From a bacterium (GTDB lineage Bacteria; SAR324; XYD2-FULL-50-16; G965216635), in NCBI GenBank assembly GCA_965216635.1, contig OZ244188.1, positions 320,001 to 384,000 of the forward strand: a stretch of 64,000 bases of DNA. Direction: 5' to 3'. Positions 58,474 through 64,000 of the stretch are shown here, piece after piece. The position numbers and the translations under genes are program-made. The notes under the pieces were generated by a model. It saw only the letters and a program-made list of their open reading frames with translations. It ran no database searches and was not told the origin of the DNA. Each line of letters begins with the position of its first letter. Positions within the stretch are counted from its first letter, which is position 1.

Positions 58474-59043
58474 CTAATTTTGTAAAAGTTGTAAAATAGT
58501 CACAACCAACCCACCAACTGCTAGCTGGACTGACACCCCCCAAAATAACAAAGTATTTTTGTTTTTTTCTGCTTCTGTTCTCATCCTTTCTATTTTTAAA
58601 TCGGTATCGCTTTTGTTTTTTGCTATAGTTTCTTTTAGGTCGCTTTTGTTTTTTGCTGCTTCTGTTCTCATCTTTTCTATTTTCAAATCGGTAGCGCTTT
58701 TGTTTTTTGCTATAGTTTCTTTTAGGTTGCTTTCGATTTTTGCTATAGTTTTTTCTAGGTCGCTTTTGCTTTCTATTATTTTTCCCTCAATTTCTTTCAG
58801 TTTTATGTCTGTATCGTTCTTGTTGTCTGAAATGATGGATTCCAATCTCCAGATATCTCCTTTGTCCGTAGGAAGAGTGGTATCCAAACCCGCTTCTGCA
58901 GCACTAGAAGCCAAAGCTTTTGGGACCAGTTCTACAAACTCTCCAATAGCAATCTCTGCGCTCTTTTTTTCTGCACCTAGTCCAATCAAAAGATCGTAGA
59001 TTTTGGTAGAAGTGAATTTTTGTGCTGTAGTTGTTCTTAACAT
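58474..59043 (-). CDS. Coiled-coil repeat protein with a C-terminal TM anchor (DUF1640/CCDC90- or Bdr-like)
   Basis: Short helical head, TDKGDI neck-like motif, 11/7-residue repeats (KSDLKETIAKN / KSDTDLKIERM / RTEAEKN), C-terminal hydrophobic helix. Confidence 0.6.
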   Translation of the reverse strand: MLRTTTAQKFTSTKIYDLLIGLGAEKKSAEIAIGEFVELVPKALASSAAEAGLDTTLPTDKGDIWRLESIISDNKNDTDIKLKEIEGKIIESKSDLEKTIAKIESNLKETIAKNKSATDLKIEKMRTEAAKNKSDLKETIAKNKSDTDLKIERMRTEAEKNKNTLLFWGVSVQLAVGGLVVTILQLLQN

Positions 59044-59185
59044 TTTACTTTTATAAGGTTTTTATTCTGGTTTTTTCATTTTAGCAAACTATTCTAGTGA
59101 AGTCAAGTCAAAAAAATAAAAAGATTATAGGGAAAAAATTAAAAAAATGTCCCTTGCAATTTTGTTTTTTTGGGTGTTTTTGGCG

Positions 59186-59247
59186 GGGACACATTTTTAC
59201 CCAAAATGGTTGCTTAGTCAACCATTTGGAGCAAAAAAAATGTCCCC
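59186..59247. repeat. Long hairpin element also present at ~21923-21985
   Basis: ggacacatttttacccaaaatggttgcttagtcaaccatttggagcaaaaaaaatgtcccc occurs at both loci. Confidence 0.85.
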
Positions 59248-59350
59248 TGCAATTTTGTTTTTAGTGGGTTTTGACGGGGAGGTATTTTTTTGAGGGGCAC
59301 CGAGAGTTCACTTCCTTTTTAGAGGTGATTCGGTGCTCCTACAGAATGTC

Positions 59351-60778
59351 CTAAAAACTCAAATGGAAGGAGAGGCTGATGACGAGTGGTGCTTTGAGTT
59401 CGGCATCTGTTTCTGTGGTTGTGGTTGTCTGTGTTTCTGATCCTGCTGGAATCTGGATTTTGTTTATATATACAGTTCTGCTGCGGAATTGAGTTACTTG
59501 TATTCTCTGGTCTTTGTTATCTCTATATTTACTATACTCAAATGCTCCTCCCATGCCGACAGAGTTAACAACATACAATGTTTGGGCTAGTCCTATCGTA
59601 GCTGAATCACCGGGTTCAGAAGTCTGTGTTTCTTCAAAAGAGCGTAACACCATGGGAGTAGTAGTAATAGGAGTAGTAGTAATAGTAGGAGGAGGAGTAG
59701 CTCTACTTTTTAGAGAAACACCCGAGATATACTTCGTCAAGCCAAAATTAAGCGATAGGTTGGAGGTCAAGTTTCGCTTATAGCCGATCTGAATCGCGGG
59801 ACTTGTGGCAGAGGCGCTGGTAGAACCATTGGTAAGCTTCATACTCGCTAGACCGCCTCCTACAAAAAGACCCTTGTTTACAAAATAATCCGCCATAACT
59901 AGCGTATTGGCGAGCTCGTTATCTCCTCCCTTGCCAGTAAAGTGAGTCAAGGAGGCTCTCCATTTTTCCCACCTAAAGCCGAATTGCAGACCAATACCAG
60001 AAAGTTGATCGCTCTTGCTACTAGTGATTGTTCTTGGAGCCGCAATTACAGCAGTTGGAGTTGGTTCTGAATCGTCAGATACCCCCTTATAAGCAGAAAG
60101 AGTAATAGAGTTCCTATCGTCGGAATCATCTCCGAAAAAGTAGCTAAAACAAACAGATGTTGTTCCAGTGTTTTTTCCTGTTGAAAGATTTCCTCCAGTG
60201 TTTACAGTAGCATCACCAGAATCAAGCGAAGCTTCGGTTGGCTTTTTGCCTTCAGTAAAAGACGCAAATATAATTGCGTCTATAGTATTTTCATTATTTA
60301 CATCATTTATTGCGCCACTTTCACAGTTTGCTGATAGTAAAGCATACACTGCAAGCCTTGTAGGACCTGTTAGATTTGGATTTTCTAGATCACCATCATC
60401 CCAATAAGGATTCCCACCGGTTGTGACTATAGAAGTTGCGTCTGAAGAGCCAGTGATTCTATAGCCTGTTATAACGTTTCCTGTGGTTGTGCTATTTGTG
60501 GTGACCTTTTTTGTGGTATCTACTTTAAAACCATTTAGATAGACAAAACCAGCAAAAAATCCCTGTTTTGTGCTAGCGCTGCTCTGTGCTTGCAGATTAC
60601 CTACAAATAGCAAACTCAACAAAACCGCACCTAGCAATAACGCCCCACGAAAACTCGCCCGTTGAAAACCAGCCCATTGAAAACCAGCCCATTGATTAGC
60701 CCATTGGTTAGACTGAGCTACTTTTGTCTTATAATTTTTAAGAGGCGTTTTTAACGTTCTTTTTGATAATCCGTTCAT
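59351..60778 (-). CDS. Outer-membrane beta-barrel surface protein, distant paralogue 4
   Basis: Shares the PLKNYK.KVA extended signal peptide, QG.F.G first strand, G....EKW..SL, SPAIQIGY and C-terminal SFHLSF with the 18.8-23.3 kb genes. Confidence 0.7.
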   Translation of the reverse strand: MNGLSKRTLKTPLKNYKTKVAQSNQWANQWAGFQWAGFQRASFRGALLLGAVLLSLLFVGNLQAQSSASTKQGFFAGFVYLNGFKVDTTKKVTTNSTTTGNVITGYRITGSSDATSIVTTGGNPYWDDGDLENPNLTGPTRLAVYALLSANCESGAINDVNNENTIDAIIFASFTEGKKPTEASLDSGDATVNTGGNLSTGKNTGTTSVCFSYFFGDDSDDRNSITLSAYKGVSDDSEPTPTAVIAAPRTITSSKSDQLSGIGLQFGFRWEKWRASLTHFTGKGGDNELANTLVMADYFVNKGLFVGGGLASMKLTNGSTSASATSPAIQIGYKRNLTSNLSLNFGLTKYISGVSLKSRATPPPTITTTPITTTPMVLRSFEETQTSEPGDSATIGLAQTLYVVNSVGMGGAFEYSKYRDNKDQRIQVTQFRSRTVYINKIQIPAGSETQTTTTTETDAELKAPLVISLSFHLSF

Positions 60779-60965
60779 AGTTTATGTCAATTTTAGGTTA
60801 ATGAAATGAAATCAAATAAAATATGGCATAAAAAAAATAAAAAAGCAAATAAAAAAAAGATAAATTTGTAGTTTTTTTTATTTTATTGCTATTTTTTAAA
60901 AAAAAAGTATACTTATTTGGAGTAGGACTTGTGATGTTTTATTTACAGGTCTTAGTTTTATAGTT

Positions 60966-61038
60966 TCCCCGATAGCTCAGTTGGTAGAGCGAGTGGCTGT
61001 TAACCACTATGTCGCAAGTTCAAGTCTTGCTCGGGGAG
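60966..61038 (+). tRNA. tRNA-Asn (GTT)
   Basis: Acceptor tccccga/tcgggga, D-arm gctcagttggtagagc, anticodon arm agtgg-ctGTTaa-ccact, T-arm gcaag-ttcaagt-cttgc; CCA not fully encoded. Confidence 0.96.
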
Positions 61039-61054
61039 CCTTTTTAAAATGAAA

Positions 61055-61132
61055 TAGACCTTTTAAATTTGCGCTATGTGACGGCTAGGCTAAACAGCTG
61101 GTTTTGTCCTATTTGGCAAATTCAAAAGTCTA
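61055..61132. mobile_element. Minimal MITE-like element (copy F)
   Basis: TIR tagaccttttaaatttgc / gcaaattcaaaagtcta; shares cagctggttttgtcctatttggcaaattcaaa with copy D. Confidence 0.65.
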
Positions 61133-61161
61133 TAACTTTATTTATCAACTAATATAGATAG

Positions 61162-62883
61162 ATGCAAAAAATAACACCTAGTGAAGCACTAGTAGAAACC
61201 CTGCGAAACCACGATGTAAAGTATGTTTTTGGTATTGTGGGCTCTGCTTATATGGATGCTTTAGATATTTTTGAGGGAGCTGGAATTAAGTTTATTCCAG
61301 TAGCCCACGAACAAGGAGCCGCTCACATGGCGGATGGTTATGCTAGAATTAGTCATAAACACGGGGTTTGTATTGCTCAAAACGGACCTGGTATTACTAA
61401 TTTTGTGACCGCTATTGCAGCGGCTTATTGGGCTCATTCTCCAGTAGTGATGATTACTCCAGAAACGGGCAGTAAAGGTATAGGTTTAGGGGGTTTTCAA
61501 GAAACCAGTCAAATGCCTATTTTTTCTGAGATCACGACTTATCAGACTCATATTAACCGCCCTGATAGAATTGCTGAGTTGACGCACCGCGCTTTTACTT
61601 TGGCTAAGTTTGAAAGGGGACCTGTGCAGATAAATATTCCTCGTGACTATTTTTATGGTGAAATTGAAACTGAATTGCGCAAACCTCAAGAAATTGAAAT
61701 GGGCTTTGGTGGTGTGGAAAGTATTCAAAAAGCGGTAGAGATTATAAAACAAGCAAAAAATCCAGTAATTATTTCTGGAGGCGGGGTAGGGATGTCTGGC
61801 GGTGTAGCAGAAATTAAGGCTTTGGCTGAATTTTTAGCGGCGCCTGTGGTTACTTCTTACCTACACAACGATTGTTTTCCTTGCGACCATCCTTTGATGT
61901 GTGGTTCTCTGGGTTATTACGGCTCTATGGCGGGAATGAAAATGATCAGCCAAGCGGACGTGGTTTTGGCTATGGGAAGTAGGATGGGTCCTTTTGGAAC
62001 TTTACCTCAGTATGGTTTTGATTATTGGCCCAAAAATGCCAAAACAATCCAAGTAGATAGCAATCACAGAGTTTTGGGTTTGGTTAGAGAAGTGGAAGTT
62101 GGTATTTTAGGGGATGTGAAGCTTGCTGCGAAAGAAATGCTTTCTCGCCTAAAAGAAGGAGAGCAAGTAGCTTGTATGTCCAATAAAGAAGAAAGAATGA
62201 AGCAGATGAATCTCTCCAAAGTAGATTGGGAAGCTCAATTAAACAAGGAATCTATGGTAGATGATGCTCCTATGGCTCCTAAAAGGGCTTTGCGAGAATT
62301 GGAATCTGCTATGCCTGAGAATGCTATGGTATCTACTGATATTGGTAATATTTGCTCCATTTCTAATTCTTATTTGAGGTTTAAAAAACCAGATAGCTTT
62401 TTAGCGGCTATGAGCTTTGGAAATTGCGGTTATGCTTTTCCAGTAGCTATGGGAGCAAAAATGGCGGCTCCTGATAGACCAGCTATTGCCTATGTAGGCG
62501 ACGGGGCTTGGGGAATTAGTCTTAATGAGACTATTACTTGCGTCAGACAAAATATTCCAGTAGTGGTTTGTTTGTTTAACAACAAACAATGGGGAGCAGA
62601 AAAGAAAAATCAAATTGATTATTATGGGGATAGGTTTGTGGGTAGTAACTTGGAAAACCCTGATTTTGCACAAATAGCCAAAGCCGCTGGAGCTAATGGA
62701 ATTACGGTAGATGCTCCAGACCAAGTAGGGGATGCTTTGAAAAGTGCTATCGCATCGCAAAAACCTACAGTTTTACAAATTATGGTAAATCGTGAGTTAG
62801 GTGAGCCTTTCCGTAGAGATGCTTTGAAAAAACCTGTTCGTTATTTAGATAGGTATAAGAAATATGTTCACCACTCTAAGTAG
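61162..62883 (+). CDS. xsc: Sulfoacetaldehyde acetyltransferase (TPP-dependent)
   Basis: TPSEALVET, FGIVGSAYMD, AQNGPGITNFVT, LPQYG.DYWP, STDIGN, SFGNCGYA, QWGAEKKNQ and ELGEPFRRDA are Xsc-specific motifs. Confidence 0.92.
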   Translation: MQKITPSEALVETLRNHDVKYVFGIVGSAYMDALDIFEGAGIKFIPVAHEQGAAHMADGYARISHKHGVCIAQNGPGITNFVTAIAAAYWAHSPVVMITPETGSKGIGLGGFQETSQMPIFSEITTYQTHINRPDRIAELTHRAFTLAKFERGPVQINIPRDYFYGEIETELRKPQEIEMGFGGVESIQKAVEIIKQAKNPVIISGGGVGMSGGVAEIKALAEFLAAPVVTSYLHNDCFPCDHPLMCGSLGYYGSMAGMKMISQADVVLAMGSRMGPFGTLPQYGFDYWPKNAKTIQVDSNHRVLGLVREVEVGILGDVKLAAKEMLSRLKEGEQVACMSNKEERMKQMNLSKVDWEAQLNKESMVDDAPMAPKRALRELESAMPENAMVSTDIGNICSISNSYLRFKKPDSFLAAMSFGNCGYAFPVAMGAKMAAPDRPAIAYVGDGAWGISLNETITCVRQNIPVVVCLFNNKQWGAEKKNQIDYYGDRFVGSNLENPDFAQIAKAAGANGITVDAPDQVGDALKSAIASQKPTVLQIMVNRELGEPFRRDALKKPVRYLDRYKKYVHHSK

Positions 62884-63093
62884 TGGTGGATTTTATTTGT
62901 GAATTAGTATAAATTAGGTTTAAATTGAGAAGCGAATATAAAATTTTGCTATTTGGTAGATTTTATTTGTGAATTAGTATAAATTAGGTTTAAATTGAGA
63001 AGCGAATATAAAATTTTGCTATTTGGTGGATTTTATTTGTGAATTAGTATAAATTAGGTTTAAATTGAGAAGCGAATATAAAATTTTGCTATT
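62884..63093. repeat. 70-bp tandem repeat x3
   Basis: tggtggattttatttgtgaattagtataaattaggtttaaattgagaagcgaatataaaattttgctatt, with one mismatch in copy 2. Confidence 0.95.
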
Positions 63094-63125
63094 TTTAATA
63101 TAAAATGCTTGTTTTTTTTTAAAGA

Positions 63126-63185
63126 ACAGTGTAATTTTTTATTAGACAGTGTAATTTTTTATTAGACGGTGTGATTTTTTATTAG
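63126..63185. repeat. 20-bp tandem repeat x3 (acagtgtaattttttattag)
   Basis: Directly visible upstream of ATG 63213. Confidence 0.92.
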
Positions 63186-63212
63186 AATTTTAACAAAACA
63201 ATTATAGACACA

Positions 63213-64000
63213 ATGAAACAATTAGAAAATTTTTGGATGCCCTTCACTGCCAATAAAGACTTTAAAGATAATCCTCGTATTTTTACTAAAGCAGAAGGAG
63301 TTTATCTTTGGAGCGAAGATGACCGTAAAATCATAGACGCCTCATCGGGTTTGTTTTGTGTAGCTTTAGGACACTGCCGCCGTGAAATCACAGATGCTGT
63401 GGCCGAGCAAATGAATACGCTAGACTACGCCGCTCCTTTTAATTCAGCTCACACCAGATCTTTTGAGTTGGCTGAAAAATTAACTGCTAAATTACCGAGT
63501 GATATTAATTCTGTGTTTTTTTCTAATTCTGGTTCTGGAGCTATAGATACTGCAATTAAACTAGCAACAGCTTATCATAGAGCTAATGGAGAATCTAGTA
63601 GAACCCATTTAGTTAGCCGTCATAGAGCCTACCACGGCATCAATATTGGAGGAACTTCTTTAGCTGGAATTACAAAAAACAGAGAAGCTTTCTCTGGAAT
63701 CACTATTCCTGTTTCTTTTTTGTCTCAAACTTGGACTGGAAAAGAGCTATTCAAAAAAGGATTGCCAGAAACTGGAGCAGAAACTGCTTATGAGCTAGAA
63801 AAAATTGTAAATATTATTGGAGCGAAAAATATTTCTGCAGTTTTTGTAGAACCAGTCGCTGGCTCTACTGGAGTATTAATACCTCCTAAAGGTTATCTTA
63901 AAATTTTAAGAGAAATTTGTGATAAATATGGTATTTTACTAGTTTTTGATGAAGTGATTACGGGGTTTTATAGGATTGGGAAAATGTTTGCTTCAGAAAC
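63213..64000 (+). CDS. Class III aminotransferase (omega-amino acid:pyruvate / taurine:pyruvate-like), runs off the window
   Basis: Own translation (not in the ORF track): MKQLENFWMPFTANKDF...IIDASSGLFCVALGH...FFSNSGS...RAYHG...FVEPVAGSTGV...FDEVITGF. Confidence 0.88.
   Translation, partial: MKQLENFWMPFTANKDFKDNPRIFTKAEGVYLWSEDDRKIIDASSGLFCVALGHCRREITDAVAEQMNTLDYAAPFNSAHTRSFELAEKLTAKLPSDINSVFFSNSGSGAIDTAIKLATAYHRANGESSRTHLVSRHRAYHGINIGGTSLAGITKNREAFSGITIPVSFLSQTWTGKELFKKGLPETGAETAYELEKIVNIIGAKNISAVFVEPVAGSTGVLIPPKGYLKILREICDKYGILLVFDEVITGFYRIGKMFASE

Noticed and set aside
58559..58999. Plus-strand 146-aa hydrophobic ORF
   Set aside because: Antisense shadow of the Lys/Glu-rich coiled-coil gene.
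60966..61038. tRNA-Asn as an integration site of a genomic island
   Set aside because: No duplicated tRNA 3' end and no integrase were seen in the window.
62884..63093. Possible CRISPR array
   Set aside because: Units are contiguous 70-bp tandem copies with no unique spacers, and there are no cas genes in the window.

Overview
AT-rich bacterial chromosome segment from a diderm (LpxB, outer-membrane beta-barrels). A host-associated or marine lifestyle is plausible but only inferred. Housekeeping and metabolic genes include ilvB/ilvN, argF, gatC, ribF, deoD, pckA, guaC, lpxB, hemD, mog, tRNA-Asn(GTT), xsc and a partial omega-aminotransferase. Accessory DNA is interleaved with them. (1) A ~14-kb defence island (2.7-16.4 kb) carries RhuM-Fic, HEPN-MNT, two FRG-domain proteins with 15 and 11 near-identical TPR repeats that vary mainly at the ligand-binding positions, a duplicated MNT, a type III R-M system interrupted by gene relics and a candidate small RNA, and a DRT4/UG15-like reverse transcriptase. 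(2) Three tandem and one distant paralogue of a beta-barrel surface protein have hypervariable, mosaic inserted domains. (3) A dispersed family of modular MITE-like palindromic elements, six full copies plus relics, in two cases overlaps gene termini. (4) Several accessory genes sit inside operons flanked by direct duplications of the gene-gene junction, with no integrase or transposase in the window. Also present are a third FRG-TPR protein, a RelE/Phd toxin-antitoxin pair, a single-chain type IIG/ISP-like R-M enzyme, a catalytically degenerate SelD fusion and a PIN-like/DegT fusion. All family assignments come from motif recognition, not database searches.
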